Assembly: GCA_002422905.1 (NCBI GenBank) | Contig: DITU01000007.1 | Coordinates: 16,076-80,075 of the forward strand | DNA: 64,000 nucleotides | Direction of reading: 5' to 3' | From: Verrucomicrobia bacterium UBA6176 | Lineage (GTDB): Bacteria; Verrucomicrobiota; Verrucomicrobiia; Limisphaerales; UBA9464 | Part shown: positions 8,809-20,458 of the stretch, piece by piece | Layout: the number at the start of each line of letters is the position of its first letter | Position numbering within the stretch: position 1 is the stretch's first letter | The notes under the pieces: generated by a model | Seen by the model: only the letters and a program-made list of their open reading frames with translations | Database searches by the model: none | Told to the model about the DNA's origin: nothing | Made by a program: the position numbers and the translations under genes

Positions 8809-10089
8809 TCAGTGATGGACGGTTGCTCCCGGTGCCGGCACCTCATGATGCGTCACCGCCTCCTTCAAACGCGGATCCCGCAACGGATACGGCGCCGCAG
8901 ACCGGAAGTTCTTCAGGAAGAAATAGCCCAGGACCGAAACCATCCCGGCCCAGAACAACGGATCCCAGAAAGTCACATGCAACCCGTGCGGATGCGGCAC
9001 CGGCATGATGTTGAAAGTCATGTCGACGTAGTGCATCAGCCAGGCCCAGGCGGCCATCGGCACCATGATCGCCGGGTTCATCTTCACGTCCTGATTCAAC
9101 AGCACCAGGAACGGAACGAAGAAATGGCCGAACAGGATCGTGAACCCAACCCACTTCCAACTCCCCTGCTCACGACCCACATACCAGAAGGTCTCCTCGG
9201 GAATCGCCGCGTTCCAGATGAGGAAGTACTGCGAGAAATGGATATAGGCGTAGAATACGGTGAAGGCGAAGAACAGCACACCCAGATCCTGGATCTGTCG
9301 CTTGCTGATGACCTGGCTCAACGGCCCGCGATCCTTGAAGTACAACACCACCACCCACACGGTCGCCAAGGTCGTCCAGACACTGCCGGCGAAGTAATAC
9401 ACGCCGTACATCGTGCTGAAGAACTGATGCTGCAACGACTTCATCAGGTAGAAACAACCCAGCGTCAGCGAGAACGCGAAATAGAAGATGCCCACCGCTG
9501 CCAGTACCCGGCTCTTCTTCGTCCAGATCGCCGCACCATCCTTGTCCTGGGCAATCGACCAGCGACGGAAGGTGTGGGCAATCAGACCCCAGCTCAGCAC
9601 CAAGGCCGGTACCAGCACATTGAAGGCAATCCGGTTGAACAGGATCTTCTTCACGTCCAACGAATGATCGGTGGCCGGATCGATGCTCAACCACGGATAG
9701 ATCTTGGATTGCAACGCCAAGATCGGGAGGAGCAACACCAGCATCCAGGGAAACAACACCGCTGACATCTGCTCCGCCACACGCCGGACCGGCGCCGACC
9801 AGGAGGCATCGAACAGGTGATGCAGGAAGACCAGGAACAACGCCCCCATGCAGAGGCTCAGGCAGAACATGTAGGCGGTCAGATAGCTATAGCCGATCTG
9901 CGCCAGGAAATCGGGTTCGCCACCCGCATGCACATGACCGTCCACACCGTGGGCATGGCCGTCCGCCGATGCCACCGCGTTGGTCGTTGCCGCGTCCGCC
10001 GCCTGCAACCCGCCCGTCGCCCAGCCCAGCAGGCCGCTCACCACGAGCAGGGCCACCAGGACCCGGAAATTTTGGAATAGACTCTTCAT
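8809..10089 (-). CDS. actF: Alternative complex III subunit ActF (polytopic membrane subunit)
   Basis: Polytopic membrane protein directly after actE. Start moved to MKSLFQNF (10089) because the tracked start at 10146 would overlap actE. Confidence 0.7.
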   Translation of the reverse strand: MKSLFQNFRVLVALLVVSGLLGWATGGLQAADAATTNAVASADGHAHGVDGHVHAGGEPDFLAQIGYSYLTAYMFCLSLCMGALFLVFLHHLFDASWSAPVRRVAEQMSAVLFPWMLVLLLPILALQSKIYPWLSIDPATDHSLDVKKILFNRIAFNVLVPALVLSWGLIAHTFRRWSIAQDKDGAAIWTKKSRVLAAVGIFYFAFSLTLGCFYLMKSLQHQFFSTMYGVYYFAGSVWTTLATVWVVVLYFKDRGPLSQVISKRQIQDLGVLFFAFTVFYAYIHFSQYFLIWNAAIPEETFWYVGREQGSWKWVGFTILFGHFFVPFLVLLNQDVKMNPAIMVPMAAWAWLMHYVDMTFNIMPVPHPHGLHVTFWDPLFWAGMVSVLGYFFLKNFRSAAPYPLRDPRLKEAVTHHEVPAPGATVHH

Positions 10090-10096
10090 CGCTCGT

Positions 10097-10723
10097 TTAC
10101 TTGAGGTTTGCCTGCACCGCGTCCGGAATCTCTTCCTTCTTTCCAAGCCGGCTCAGTTGCAGCGCCCGGACATAGGAGATCACCGCCCACCGATCCTTGG
10201 GATCCAGCTTTTCGCCGTACGGTCCCATGAGATTCTTGCCGAGGGTGATGGTGTTGAAGATCTCGCCGTCGGACATCTTGATGAGCCGTTCATCATGCAG
10301 CTTGGCCACCGCCGCCATGCCGAACTGCGTCGTCACCCCGTTGCCATCCCCCGCCGCCCCATGACAGGGCGTGCAATAGATGTCGTACCGTTCCCTGCCC
10401 CGCTTCACCAATTCATGCGTCACCGGCACCGGCATGGCATCGACCCAGCCACCATCCTCCGTCTTCCCGGTGTTGAACGAATTGAGTTCCCAGGCGGAAT
10501 CGCGGGAGATGGTTCCCGCCACCGGCAGGCGGCTGCTCAATCCATCCGCAAATCCGGCAAACTTGGTCACCGTCTGCGGCCGCAGCTTGGGCTGGTGATC
10601 CATGTCCGGGAACACCTCCAGGGGCGGCTTGCGCGAGGTAGAACCCCGCAGGCCCAGCACGCTCAGGCCGACCACCACGGTCAACGCCCAGAACGAAAAG
10701 AAATAGACGAGAAACTTGCGCAT
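10097..10723 (-). CDS. actE: Alternative complex III subunit ActE (monoheme cytochrome c)
   Basis: 208 aa. N-terminal TM/signal and a single CTPCHG heme motif. Abuts actD with no gap. Confidence 0.8.
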   Translation of the reverse strand: MRKFLVYFFSFWALTVVVGLSVLGLRGSTSRKPPLEVFPDMDHQPKLRPQTVTKFAGFADGLSSRLPVAGTISRDSAWELNSFNTGKTEDGGWVDAMPVPVTHELVKRGRERYDIYCTPCHGAAGDGNGVTTQFGMAAVAKLHDERLIKMSDGEIFNTITLGKNLMGPYGEKLDPKDRWAVISYVRALQLSRLGKKEEIPDAVQANLK

Positions 10724-11266
10724 TTACTCCTCCACGGTTTCAACCGCGTTTGCGTGACAGTCCACCGACAGGAACTGGCGGGTGGCTTCAGCGGAAAACT
10801 TGGGGTCGGCCGATTCGATGCTGATGAAGAACCCGTCGTCGGTCGCCCGCTTGAATCGTTCCACCTTGAGCAACGGATGATGCAGGCGGGGTAACCGGTT
10901 CAAAAAGAGCATGCCGAACAGGGTCGCAAATGCTCCCAACAGGATGGTGAGCTCATAAGAGACCGGGAAGGCATACAGCGGCGTGAACAACGGCTTGCCA
11001 CCCACCACCAGCGGGTAGTCCGCCTTGTTCATGAACCAGATCATGGTCATGCCAGTGGTGAATCCAGTCACACCCCCGGCAAACGTGAACCAGCCCACCG
11101 GGGACTTCTTCAATCCCATGGCGTCGTCCATGCCGTGGATCGGGAACGGGGAATGGACATCCCACTTGGTGAACCCGGCATCGCGGCATCGGATGGCGGC
11201 ATCCATCAACGCCGCCGGCGTCTCGAACTCGGCCAGCAGGCCGTATGGTTTGGAGGAGGCACTCAT
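10724..11266 (-). CDS. actD: Alternative complex III subunit ActD (DUF3341-like)
   Basis: YGLLAEFETPAALMDAAIRCRDAGFTKWDVHSPFPIHG followed by two TM helices. Start set at MSASSKPYG (11266) to avoid overlapping actC. Confidence 0.8.
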   Translation of the reverse strand: MSASSKPYGLLAEFETPAALMDAAIRCRDAGFTKWDVHSPFPIHGMDDAMGLKKSPVGWFTFAGGVTGFTTGMTMIWFMNKADYPLVVGGKPLFTPLYAFPVSYELTILLGAFATLFGMLFLNRLPRLHHPLLKVERFKRATDDGFFISIESADPKFSAEATRQFLSVDCHANAVETVEE

Positions 11267-11288
11267 GTCTTCAATCCCACGACTCCGT

Positions 11289-12776
11289 TCAATGATGTCC
11301 CTTCGCCCCACCCAACGGATGGTGCGGATCCGCCTGCGGCGTCACGTTCTTCACCTCGCTGATCGCAATCGCCGGCAGGAACCGGATGAACAGCAGGAAC
11401 AACGTCATGAACAACCCGAAGCTGCCCACGAACGTGAACACATCCACCCAGCTCGGCGTGAAGTAACCCCAGCTCGATGGCAGGTAATCCCGGTGCAACG
11501 ACGTCACGATGATGACGAAGCGCTCGAACCACATGCCGATGTTCACGAAGATCGATACCACCCACACAAACACCGGGCTTGTGCGGAGATACTTGGACCA
11601 GAAGAAATGCGGGCTGATCACGTTGCACGAGATCATGCTCCAGTACGCCCACCAATACGGTCCGAACGCACGGTTCTTGAACGCATAGAGTTCGTAGGGA
11701 CTGCCGCCGTACCACGCGATGAAGAACTCCATCCCGTACGCGTATCCAACGATCGATCCCGTCGCCAACAGCACCTTGCACATCAGTTCAATGTGCCGCG
11801 TCGTGATGATGTCGTGCAGGTTGAACAACGCACGCATCGGGATCAGCAACGTCAACACCATGCCGAACCCGGAAAAGATCGCGCCGGCCACGAAATAAGG
11901 CGGGAAGATCGTCGTATGCCATCCCGGCACCACCGACACCGCGAAGTCGAAGGACACGATCGAGTGCACCGACAACACCAGCGGGGTGCTGAGACCGGCG
12001 AAGATCAGGTACGCCTTCTCATAGTTGCACCAGTGCCGGTTCGATCCGGTCCAACCCAACGCAAACAGACCATAGGAAAACTTCCGGATCAGGGTCCTTG
12101 CCCGGTCCCGCAACGTGGCCAAGTCGGGAATCAAACCCACATACCAGAACAACAGCGAGACCGTTCCGTAGGTCGAAACCGCGAAAACGTCCCACAACAG
12201 CGGGGACCGGAACTGCGGCCAGATGGCGTTCGCATTCGGCACCGGAAACAGGAAGCCCGGATACAGCGCGTACCAGACACGACCCGTATGAACCACAGGG
12301 AAGATGCCGGCGCACGCCACCGCGAACAGGGTCATCGCCTCGGCCGCACGGTTGATCGAGGTCCGCCATTTCTGCCTCAACAGGAACAGCACCGCCGAAA
12401 TAAGCGTGCCGGCATGGCCGATGCCGATCCAGAAGACGAAGTTGGTGATGTCCCACGCCCAGGCGGCGGGCTGGTTCAATCCCCAGACCCCGACACCGGT
12501 CGCGATCAGATAGGCGACCAGCGAGAACATCATCGTCATCCCGCCCGCACTCAGCAGGAAGACCGGCCACCACCACTTGGGCATCGGCTTTTCGCAGATG
12601 CCCGCAATGGCTTCGGTGATCCAGCCGAGGGACCGGTTGTTCAATACCAACGCTTCCCGGGCCAGTTCGGCAGGTGGTTCAGCCACCCGGAGTACCGGCG
12701 GGACGTCGTGGGGATGTTTGGTAGCCTTGCCGCCTGCCCCATGGGCTGCGGTGGCGCGTGTGGCGGTGGTAGCCAT
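11289..12776 (-). CDS. actC: Alternative complex III subunit ActC (NrfD/PsrC-like quinol-interacting membrane subunit)
   Basis: 495 aa polytopic membrane protein. Its start overlaps the actB stop (TGATG). Confidence 0.85.
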   Translation of the reverse strand: MATTATRATAAHGAGGKATKHPHDVPPVLRVAEPPAELAREALVLNNRSLGWITEAIAGICEKPMPKWWWPVFLLSAGGMTMMFSLVAYLIATGVGVWGLNQPAAWAWDITNFVFWIGIGHAGTLISAVLFLLRQKWRTSINRAAEAMTLFAVACAGIFPVVHTGRVWYALYPGFLFPVPNANAIWPQFRSPLLWDVFAVSTYGTVSLLFWYVGLIPDLATLRDRARTLIRKFSYGLFALGWTGSNRHWCNYEKAYLIFAGLSTPLVLSVHSIVSFDFAVSVVPGWHTTIFPPYFVAGAIFSGFGMVLTLLIPMRALFNLHDIITTRHIELMCKVLLATGSIVGYAYGMEFFIAWYGGSPYELYAFKNRAFGPYWWAYWSMISCNVISPHFFWSKYLRTSPVFVWVVSIFVNIGMWFERFVIIVTSLHRDYLPSSWGYFTPSWVDVFTFVGSFGLFMTLFLLFIRFLPAIAISEVKNVTPQADPHHPLGGAKGHH

Positions 12777-15700
12777 CAGACTGTTCCTTTCTGGACCGGT
12801 CGGGCGACGCCCGCACCATGGGTATCAAAGGGGCTCTCGTGGCGATGCCGCCGGTAGTCGCGGAGTGAATCCGGTTCAGTGCGGCCCTCGACATTGGCCT
12901 GGATGATTTCCGGGTTCGGATTGCGGATCCGGGCCAGGTAAGTCACGCGGGGCCGGGTATCGAGGAATCCGAGGACCGAGTAGTTGCGCGGATCGCGCTT
13001 CAACTTCGAGACCGTGCTTTCAGGATCCAGCATGTTGCCGAACTCGATGGCTTCGGCCGGACATGCCTGCTGACAGGCCGTGCGGATGGTCCCTTCGCGC
13101 ACCTGGACATCGCCGCTGTTCCCCACCTCGACCTTCCGGGAAATCTTCGCCTGCTCGATGCGCTGCACGCAGAACGTGCACTTCTCCATCACACCGCGCA
13201 TGCGGACGCTCACATCCGGATTCTTGGCCAGCTTGACGATCTCCCACTCAGGCGCGTCGTTGCGGTTCTGCGCCAGCGGCCCCTTGTACAGGTTGCCGAA
13301 GTTGAAGAAGTGCTGGCTCTGGGCGGACGCATAGTCCGGCTCACGCTTGTTGTAATCGAAGAAATTGAACCGGCGGACCTTATAGGGACAGTTGTTGGCG
13401 CAATACCGGGTGCCGATGCACCGGTTATAGGCCATCACATTCAATCCCTCCTCGTCATGCACCGTCGCATTGACCGGACACACGCTCTCGCACGGGGCCG
13501 ATTCGCAATGCTGGCAAAGCATCGGCTGGATCGCCATCTGCGGATCCTCCGCCGCCGTCTCAGAGGTCACATCCGCCACCGGATCATGACTGTAGTAGCG
13601 GTCGATGCGCATCCAATGCATCTCGCGGCCGCGCGCCACCTGGTCTTTTCCAACGATGGGAATGTTGTTCTCGCTCTGGCAGGCCAGGACGCAGGCATTG
13701 CATCCCACACACGAAGCCAGGTCGATCACCATGCCCCACTGATGGATCTTGGAGACCGTGAACGGATTCTGGTCGTACGGATGCTCGTAGATGTTCTGGA
13801 ACCGCTTCTCCGGATTGCGACCGTCCAACTCCTTCTTCTGCGGCACGTAGTGCGGCAGGTGGGAGTCGATATCCATGTTCGCCGCGAAATTCGGCTTCTT
13901 CTCGAACTGGGCCAGGTCCGCCTCACGGATCACCGGACGTCCCTCCATCAACCCGTGCTCCTGGGTCACCGCCACCAACTGGCGTCGGCCCGCCTTCGTC
14001 ACCGTCGCGCCCGTCGCCACATGACCCGTTCCGGACTCATACAAGGCATAGGCATTGAATCCGCTGCCCGTTCCCACCCGCCCCGTTTCGGTGCGCCCAT
14101 AACCCAGCGCCATTCCAACCGTATTGTCCGCCAGACCCGGTTGCACCCAGACCGGTCCTTCGACCGTGCGGTTGCCCAAGGTGACCTTGAGGACCGGTTG
14201 CCGATACTGCCCGTCCTTGGCATGGGCCGCTTCCGATACTCCCAGATCCCTTGCCGTCTTCGCCGACACGAGGATCACGTTCTCCCAGGTGATCTTGGTG
14301 ATCGGATCCGGCGCTTCCTGCAACCAACCGTTGTTGTTGTGCCGTCCGTCATCCACCGACGCGTCCCGGTAAAGCACCACGTCGTATCCGCTCGCCGCAG
14401 GCGCCTTTGCGGCAGCCAGCGCCGACGTCAATCGGTCCATCTGCACTTCAGCGGACGCCACCGGTTCCGGAGCGCTGCCGGACAGGTGCCCGTCATGCAG
14501 GAACCGGCGCCATGCCGCTTCGTCGCCCTGGAACGTCACCTTCACCAGATCCAGCGGCGAGGTCTTCTCCACCCCCAGCAATCGCGCCAGGACTTCTATG
14601 TCCGTCAAACCACCAAACAACGGTTCGATCAACGGTTGGACCGGCACCACCGTTCCATCCGCCGTCCGCGCATCTCCCCACGATTCCAGGAAATGCGCCG
14701 AAGCAATGTTCAACGTCGCCAGCTTCGAGGTCTCATCCTCGTAATACCCAGTCCGGATCACCTGCTTGAGCTTGCGCACGGCATCGGTGAATCCCAGGTC
14801 CGCCGGGGCCGTATAGACCGGGTTGCCACCCAGTACGACCAGCGTGTCCGCACCCGACTTCAGCGCCTCAACACAGGCCACGATGTTGCCGTCCGACTTG
14901 CCGGTCTGGGTGGGGATGACCTTCACCACCGGACCGAATGCACCCAACACCGCATTGAGCGCCTGGGCGATCAGGTGGACTTCCAAAGGCTGGCTATAAC
15001 CCGCCAGCACAACCGCGGATCCCTTGTTCTCAAACAGATCCTTCGCGCACGCCGTCACCCACTCGGCCTTCACCGGCGCACCCTCACCCAACTGCTGCAA
15101 GGGAGTGATCAGTGCCGCCGGCGCATTCGCCTGCGTCAACACCGCCACGGCAACCTGCGCCGCCACCCGGATCACATCCGTCGGCCGCACCCGCAACCGG
15201 TGATCCGCATTGCCCCCGGTCAATGTCATCAGCGACTCGACACTATAGAGGCGGTTCATCGTCTCCCGCGATGGCTTGCGCCCCTTGGCATAGCCACGGA
15301 TCAACCGATACGCCTCGCCTTCGCTCCCGAGGAAATCGCAATCGAGCGACAGGATCCGGCGCGCGGATTCCAACTGGTAATCGGCCTGAACCTCGGCGCC
15401 GAAGAGTTGGCTGAGGGCACGGTTCCCGATGGAGAAATCCACCGGCTCATGCGTGAACCACTTGGCCTTGGGAAACTTGGTCGCAATCTCTTCCTGAAGG
15501 CGCACCCGGGTGGGTGAACTCGATTGTTCCGAAAGGAAGATCAAACCCTCACCGCCGTTCGCAGTGAACTTCTTGCCCGTCTCGGCCAAGGCATCGCGCA
15601 CCGCCTCAACCTTGACGTCGGATCCAGCGCGAAGATGACGATAGGCGCGGTCCGGATCGTAAAGGCTCAGCAGGCTGGCCTGGGCGAAGGAATCGGTGCC

Positions 15701-16105
15701 TCCATTGGATCCTGGCACCAACGCATTGCCTTCCAGCTTCACCGGTCGGCCATCATGGGACTTGGCCACCAGGGGGATGGCCGATCCACGGATTGGGAAT
15801 GCCGTGGCAAAGTGCTGCGCCTTGCCATGCACATAGTCATCCGGTTGCTTGGCGAACGGCGTCAGGACCGCATCCGGCCGACGGCATCCGGTGGCGAATC
15901 CACCCACGCCGGCGAGCATGAAGCTGGCCGACATGAGCTTGATCCAGTTGCGTCGGGTCTCGCCTTCGGGCGCCAGGCTGGCTCCGGCAGGGAACTCCCG
16001 TTCCATCCACTGACGGAACTCAGGCTTCTCGGCGAGCTGATCTAGGGAACGCCAGTACTTCGGGCCGACCTCCGGCTCGGGGCAAGGCGGGGGAATGGTT
16101 TTCAT
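12776..16105 (-). CDS. actB: Alternative complex III subunit ActB (molybdopterin-oxidoreductase-like domain fused to a 4Fe-4S ferredoxin domain)
   Basis: Tat-like N-terminus ([27 protein letters not shown]), a large MopB-like domain and C-terminal Cys clusters ([53 protein letters not shown]). The MKTIPP start at 16105 gives a TGATG junction with actA; an alternative start is at 16117. Confidence 0.9.
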   Translation of the reverse strand: MKTIPPPCPEPEVGPKYWRSLDQLAEKPEFRQWMEREFPAGASLAPEGETRRNWIKLMSASFMLAGVGGFATGCRRPDAVLTPFAKQPDDYVHGKAQHFATAFPIRGSAIPLVAKSHDGRPVKLEGNALVPGSNGGTDSFAQASLLSLYDPDRAYRHLRAGSDVKVEAVRDALAETGKKFTANGGEGLIFLSEQSSSPTRVRLQEEIATKFPKAKWFTHEPVDFSIGNRALSQLFGAEVQADYQLESARRILSLDCDFLGSEGEAYRLIRGYAKGRKPSRETMNRLYSVESLMTLTGGNADHRLRVRPTDVIRVAAQVAVAVLTQANAPAALITPLQQLGEGAPVKAEWVTACAKDLFENKGSAVVLAGYSQPLEVHLIAQALNAVLGAFGPVVKVIPTQTGKSDGNIVACVEALKSGADTLVVLGGNPVYTAPADLGFTDAVRKLKQVIRTGYYEDETSKLATLNIASAHFLESWGDARTADGTVVPVQPLIEPLFGGLTDIEVLARLLGVEKTSPLDLVKVTFQGDEAAWRRFLHDGHLSGSAPEPVASAEVQMDRLTSALAAAKAPAASGYDVVLYRDASVDDGRHNNNGWLQEAPDPITKITWENVILVSAKTARDLGVSEAAHAKDGQYRQPVLKVTLGNRTVEGPVWVQPGLADNTVGMALGYGRTETGRVGTGSGFNAYALYESGTGHVATGATVTKAGRRQLVAVTQEHGLMEGRPVIREADLAQFEKKPNFAANMDIDSHLPHYVPQKKELDGRNPEKRFQNIYEHPYDQNPFTVSKIHQWGMVIDLASCVGCNACVLACQSENNIPIVGKDQVARGREMHWMRIDRYYSHDPVADVTSETAAEDPQMAIQPMLCQHCESAPCESVCPVNATVHDEEGLNVMAYNRCIGTRYCANNCPYKVRRFNFFDYNKREPDYASAQSQHFFNFGNLYKGPLAQNRNDAPEWEIVKLAKNPDVSVRMRGVMEKCTFCVQRIEQAKISRKVEVGNSGDVQVREGTIRTACQQACPAEAIEFGNMLDPESTVSKLKRDPRNYSVLGFLDTRPRVTYLARIRNPNPEIIQANVEGRTEPDSLRDYRRHRHESPFDTHGAGVARPVQKGTV

Positions 16106-16743
16106 CAGCGATGACAAGTGGAGCAGCTCTGGCCGGGCTGGACCTTCCAGTCGTGCACGGCCTTCTTTCCGTCGAAACCTTCGTTCTTCCAGTCCAATTT
16201 GGTGACCAACTCGTTGGGCCGGATGAACTTCTCCGGTTCACGATGGCACTCGAGGCAGAAGCTCATGGAGAGCGATTCCGCGTGGTAAACCTCTTCCATC
16301 TTCTGGATCTCGCCGTGGCAATGCACACAGCTGATCCCGCGGTTCACATGGACCGAATGATTGAAATAGACGTAGTCCGGCACCTTGTGGATCTGCACCC
16401 ACGGGATCGGCTTGCCGGATGCATACGAATCCCGAACCAATTGCAGCTTGTCCGAGTCCTTCTTCACCTGGCTGTGGCAGTTCATGCAGGTGGACGAGGA
16501 CGGGATGTTCGAGAACCACGACTTGTCGACGTCGTCATGGCAGTAGCGGCAGTCCATGCCCAACTGGTCCGCATGGATCGCATGCGAGAATGCCACCGGT
16601 TGCTTCGGTTGATACCCAACGCGGGTGTATTTTGGCGTCACGAAATACGTGATGCCCGCCACCGCCGTCAGGCCCAACACCGCACCCGCCACCCCTGCCA
16701 TCAACGGCAGCTGGTTTGTCCATTTCGGGAAAATGTCCGACAT
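16105..16743 (-). CDS. actA: Alternative complex III subunit ActA (pentaheme cytochrome c)
   Basis: 212 aa with an N-terminal TM helix and five CxxCH motifs (CRYCH, CMNCH, CVHCH, CLECH, CSTCH). Confidence 0.9.
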   Translation of the reverse strand: MSDIFPKWTNQLPLMAGVAGAVLGLTAVAGITYFVTPKYTRVGYQPKQPVAFSHAIHADQLGMDCRYCHDDVDKSWFSNIPSSSTCMNCHSQVKKDSDKLQLVRDSYASGKPIPWVQIHKVPDYVYFNHSVHVNRGISCVHCHGEIQKMEEVYHAESLSMSFCLECHREPEKFIRPNELVTKLDWKNEGFDGKKAVHDWKVQPGQSCSTCHR

Positions 16744-17102
16744 GCGCTCTACCTTTCCGCTCCTGACCCGCAGGCTCCTCGTTCTCCCTGATGTCCCGGT
16801 CGGACGGTTCCACCGTCCCTCCCGGGGCCTGCATCAAGGCCGTTCTCCAACCCACCGCCCGTCCGCCAACGATTTCCTCCGATCCCAACCTCCGATCCCA
16901 ACTTTCACCGAACACTTTCAACCCGGATACAGTCCACCGCCGGGCGCGGAACAGTTCCAGAAGGTCCAACACGGTTGTCACCGTGCCGTCGTTGCAGCAG
17001 TCGCGCAGTGCGCCGAAGACTCGTGAAAAAAATCACAAGCTCCCCCAACCGCGCAAGCGTCCGTTCGTCGTCCGCATCCCACCGTCAACCGGAGAACACC
17101 TG

Positions 17103-17131
17103 ATATATCTACACAAACGATTCATCTTCAA
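17103..17131 (-). promoter_or_regulatory. Candidate sigma70-like promoter for the act-cco operon
   Basis: On the minus strand, TTGAAG (17131-17126), 17 nt, then ATATAT (17108-17103). It sits in the only AT-rich patch between thyA and actA. Based on sequence pattern only. Confidence 0.2.
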
Positions 17132-17230
17132 TTGGTTGTGACAAAAATAGCCGAAAGGTGTCCCCAGAAAGAATTCCTGACCCCCGACCGGGATAATCCC
17201 CTCTCCTGATCCATTCCCCCCAACTCTCCC

Positions 17231-18025
17231 TCACTTCGCCACCGGCGCGGCAATCGCCGGATGTGGATCATATCCTTCCAGCACGAAATCCTCGTATTCG
17301 AAGTCCCGGAGCGCTTGACGTTCCGGGTTCAATCGCATCCGGGGCAGGGCCCGCGGTTCACGTGACAACTGCAATCGGGCCTGGTCCAGGTGGTTCGCGT
17401 AAAGGTGCAGGTCTCCAAAGGTGTGGATGAAATCGCCGGGCTTGAGACCGGTGACCTGGGCGACCATGAGGGTCAGCAAGGCGTAACTGGCGATGTTGAA
17501 AGGAACGCCCAGGAAGAGATCGGCACTCCGCTGGTAGAGTTGGCAACTGAGTTCTCCCTCCGATACGTAGAACTGGAACAGCGTGTGGCAGGGCGGCAAC
17601 GCCATCGCCTCGATCTCGGACGGATTCCACGCCGTGACCAACAATCGCCGACTGTCCGGATTGCGCCGGATCTCGTTCACCAACCAGTCGATCTGGTTGA
17701 TCGACCGCCCGTCACTGCCCCGCCAATCCGTCCATTGCGCCCCGTAAACCCGGCCCAGGTCCCCATCCGGCCCGGCCCATTCATTCCAGATGGTGACCCC
17801 CCGTTCCTGCAACCAACGGACGTTGGTCTCCCCACGCAGGAACCACAGCAACTCGTGGATGATCGACTTCAGATGAACCTTCTTGGTCGTCACCAACGGG
17901 AAGCCGTCGGCCAACCGGTACCGCGTCTGGGCACCGAACAGACTGTAGGTTCCGGTCCCGGTCCGATCGGACTTGAAACGGCCCTGCTCCAGGACCAACC
18001 GCAGAAGTTCATGATACGCGCGCAT
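17231..18025 (-). CDS. thyA: Thymidylate synthase
   Basis: 264 aa. [34 protein letters not shown] and [14 protein letters not shown]-type blocks are canonical ThyA motifs. Confidence 0.95.
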   Translation of the reverse strand: MRAYHELLRLVLEQGRFKSDRTGTGTYSLFGAQTRYRLADGFPLVTTKKVHLKSIIHELLWFLRGETNVRWLQERGVTIWNEWAGPDGDLGRVYGAQWTDWRGSDGRSINQIDWLVNEIRRNPDSRRLLVTAWNPSEIEAMALPPCHTLFQFYVSEGELSCQLYQRSADLFLGVPFNIASYALLTLMVAQVTGLKPGDFIHTFGDLHLYANHLDQARLQLSREPRALPRMRLNPERQALRDFEYEDFVLEGYDPHPAIAAPVAK

Positions 18026-18290
18026 GGAATCTCAACCGCGGACAGAAGCCTCAACTGCCCTGCCGTCGGCAAGCCTTGTCTCTAGCGGGACAGGAGCGGC
18101 GACGTCCGGTCGCCGTCCAAAGCACACGGCGAGCAAACCTCGCCGCTCCAATACCCCTCCTTTTTCTGCTCCGCGTGCTCAGCGCCTCTGCGCGAAACCT
18201 GCCTTCGTCCCTTTCCCGTTTTCCTCACGCAACGACGCAACGGCGCAACGTCTTCCAGTCCGAGGGACAGGCTCCCTGATCCGGATTCTT

Positions 18291-18386
18291 GAACCACGAA
18301 ATCCACGAACCACACGAAAGGAATGGGACATGATCACCCACCTCCCTTTCTGTGTTCTTCGCGTTCTTTGCGGCTTCGCGTGAGAA
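18291..18386 (-). repeat. Intergenic repeat modules: ttcgtg-type and R1 core, both in reverse orientation
   Basis: 18291-18321 gaaccacgaaatccacgaaccacacgaaagg. 18355-18386 ttcttcgcgttctttgcggcttcgcgtgagaa, which is the reverse complement of the tcacgcgaagccgcgaagaacgcg core. Confidence 0.8.
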
Positions 18387-18452
18387 TTCCTTCTTCTCTC
18401 GTCCCCAATTCCCTCACGGAGTGACGGCGTCCGGGCGCCGGTAGCGCGCCGG

Positions 18453-19787
18453 TCACACGTCGAACCAACCCGGCTCCATCGCCACGCGCCCGCCCTTCTG
18501 GACCGCCTGATGCGCATGGATCGCCACCACCGTGGCCTGCAATCCCGCCTTCCAGTCGGCATCCGGTCGGGTCCCCTCATGGATGTGTTCGATGAACCGT
18601 TCCAGAGCGTATTGGAGGGGCGGCTCGATATCGGATGCCGCCTCGGCCGGTTTCTTGCCCTGCGCGAGGATCTTGGTGGCGTTGGCCACCAGCGCGATGC
18701 CGGAATCGTTCAGGAAATCGTCTTTCCGTGCATAGACCTCCCAGCCGAGCAAGGGCGCATCCGTCTCCTTGAACATCCACGCCTTGTTGTCGCGGATGAG
18801 CACCGCTGCATCGGACCCGTAATACACGTCATGTTCGCCCTCGAACGAGTTTGCCAGCGTAGCCTGGAACGTGTGCCGCAACCCGCCCTTGAACTCCAGC
18901 ACCACGGTCACCGTATCCGCCACCTCCCGGTCGTCCTGCCACTGCATCACCCCGCCAAATCCATGGATGGCCACCGGCAACTGATTGAAGAACCAACACG
19001 CGGTATCCAGGCTGTGGATGCCCACCTCGCCCGGCAGTCCGATGGACGAATCCTTGTACAAACGCCAGTTCAACGCGCGTTCGCGGTCGGAATTGGGTGA
19101 GGCCCGGCGCCAGCTCTGTTTCTTGTTGGATTGTCCCCGTGAAGCCGCGCTCTTTCCGGTCGCGCCCGTCTTCATGAACTTCTGGACGTGATGATGCTGG
19201 GGATTTTCCCGGAGCTGCAACCCGGCCTGAAACACCTGTTTTTCAGGCAACGCCTTCGCCGCCGTCGCAATCGCCCGGGCATCGTCCATCGTATGCGCCA
19301 ACGGCGCTTCCAGATACACGTGCTTTCCCGCCGCCATCGCCGCCAGGGCGATCTCCCGATGCAGATGCGTGGGAGTGGCGATCACCACGGCCTGCACCTC
19401 CGCCAAGGCCAGCAACTCCTGGTAATCCGTGAACGTCTTCGCATCCGGCGCCACCTCCACAGCCCGACGGAATGCCGGGCGATAGGAATCGCAGACCGCC
19501 ACCACCGGCCCGTTCGGCAGGCGCGCCAGCAATGTCAGGATCTCCCGGCCCTGGGTTCCCAGACCGATCACCCCGAACTTCACCGGTGGCGCCGGCGGCT
19601 TCTCCTTGTAGTTCGGATCCACCTTGGGCGGAGGCAGGTTCGGCGTGCCCGCTGCATCTGCCGCCTTGTCCGCCTCCTGCGCCGTCAACGGCACCCCGCC
19701 CAGCGCCGCCATGAACGCCGCCAACGATCCCGCCTTGAAAAAGTTCCGCCGGTTCAGATCCGACGCCTGGTGATTGTCTTCGCTCAT
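18453..19787 (-). CDS. Gfo/Idh/MocA family oxidoreductase with a Tat signal
   Basis: 444 aa. RRNFFKAGSLAAFMAALGG Tat-type signal, a Rossmann block (KFGVIGLGTQGRE) and the GKHVYLEAPLA motif. Confidence 0.85.
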   Translation of the reverse strand: MSEDNHQASDLNRRNFFKAGSLAAFMAALGGVPLTAQEADKAADAAGTPNLPPPKVDPNYKEKPPAPPVKFGVIGLGTQGREILTLLARLPNGPVVAVCDSYRPAFRRAVEVAPDAKTFTDYQELLALAEVQAVVIATPTHLHREIALAAMAAGKHVYLEAPLAHTMDDARAIATAAKALPEKQVFQAGLQLRENPQHHHVQKFMKTGATGKSAASRGQSNKKQSWRRASPNSDRERALNWRLYKDSSIGLPGEVGIHSLDTACWFFNQLPVAIHGFGGVMQWQDDREVADTVTVVLEFKGGLRHTFQATLANSFEGEHDVYYGSDAAVLIRDNKAWMFKETDAPLLGWEVYARKDDFLNDSGIALVANATKILAQGKKPAEAASDIEPPLQYALERFIEHIHEGTRPDADWKAGLQATVVAIHAHQAVQKGGRVAMEPGWFDV

Positions 19788-19918
19788 GTGGAATTAAAAC
19801 AAGGTGCCCCGCGCCGACATCCCTGCCAAGCCATGGGTTTAAACAGCCCGATCCGCAGGAGGGTGTCCACGGCGGTATGCTTGACGCTGGGGCGGGGGGG
19901 CGAGAGCGTGAACGCCTG

Positions 19919-20431
19919 ATGTCGTCCACGGCGGCCAAGATCTTCGTCGCATCCGCACCCCCACTCGCCCGGATCCGGATCTGCGGCCGCGGGGCGGTGG
20001 AGCGGGCGCGTGACTTCGACCAAATGGTCCGCTGCCTGATCGAGGGGGGGGTCCGGAACATCTTCATCGACCTTGCCGGATGCGTGTTGCTGGACAGCAC
20101 ATTCATTGGCGCATTGGCGGGGTTGGCCGAAGAGAAGACCGATGATCAACCCCGGATCCGGTTTCATCTGGTCAACGCCCCGAACCGGATCCTGGACGGA
20201 TTGGCCAACCTGGAAGTGTTGGATCTGATGACGGTGGGCGGCGACTTCACCGCCCTGTCGGACCTTCCGGAGATCGAGTTGCCCCTGCAGAACGTCACCA
20301 GGAAGGAGGCCGGCGAACTCTGTCTCCAGGCGCATCGCACCCTCATGGATCTCAGCCCGGCCAATCGCGAGCGTTTCCAGAGCCTCGTCCGGATGTTGTC
20401 CTCCGAACTCGACGGGAATGGCCCGCGCTGA
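19919..20431 (+). CDS. STAS-domain protein (anti-sigma-factor-antagonist-like) with a C-terminal extension
   Basis: The block IFIDLAGCVLLDSTFIGALAGLA resembles the STAS D-S-[ST] phospho-site region. Start chosen at MSSTAAK; the tracked start is 19877. Confidence 0.6.
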   Translation: MSSTAAKIFVASAPPLARIRICGRGAVERARDFDQMVRCLIEGGVRNIFIDLAGCVLLDSTFIGALAGLAEEKTDDQPRIRFHLVNAPNRILDGLANLEVLDLMTVGGDFTALSDLPEIELPLQNVTRKEAGELCLQAHRTLMDLSPANRERFQSLVRMLSSELDGNGPR

Positions 20432-20458
20432 GCACGGTCGCCGTGGATACCGGATGCA

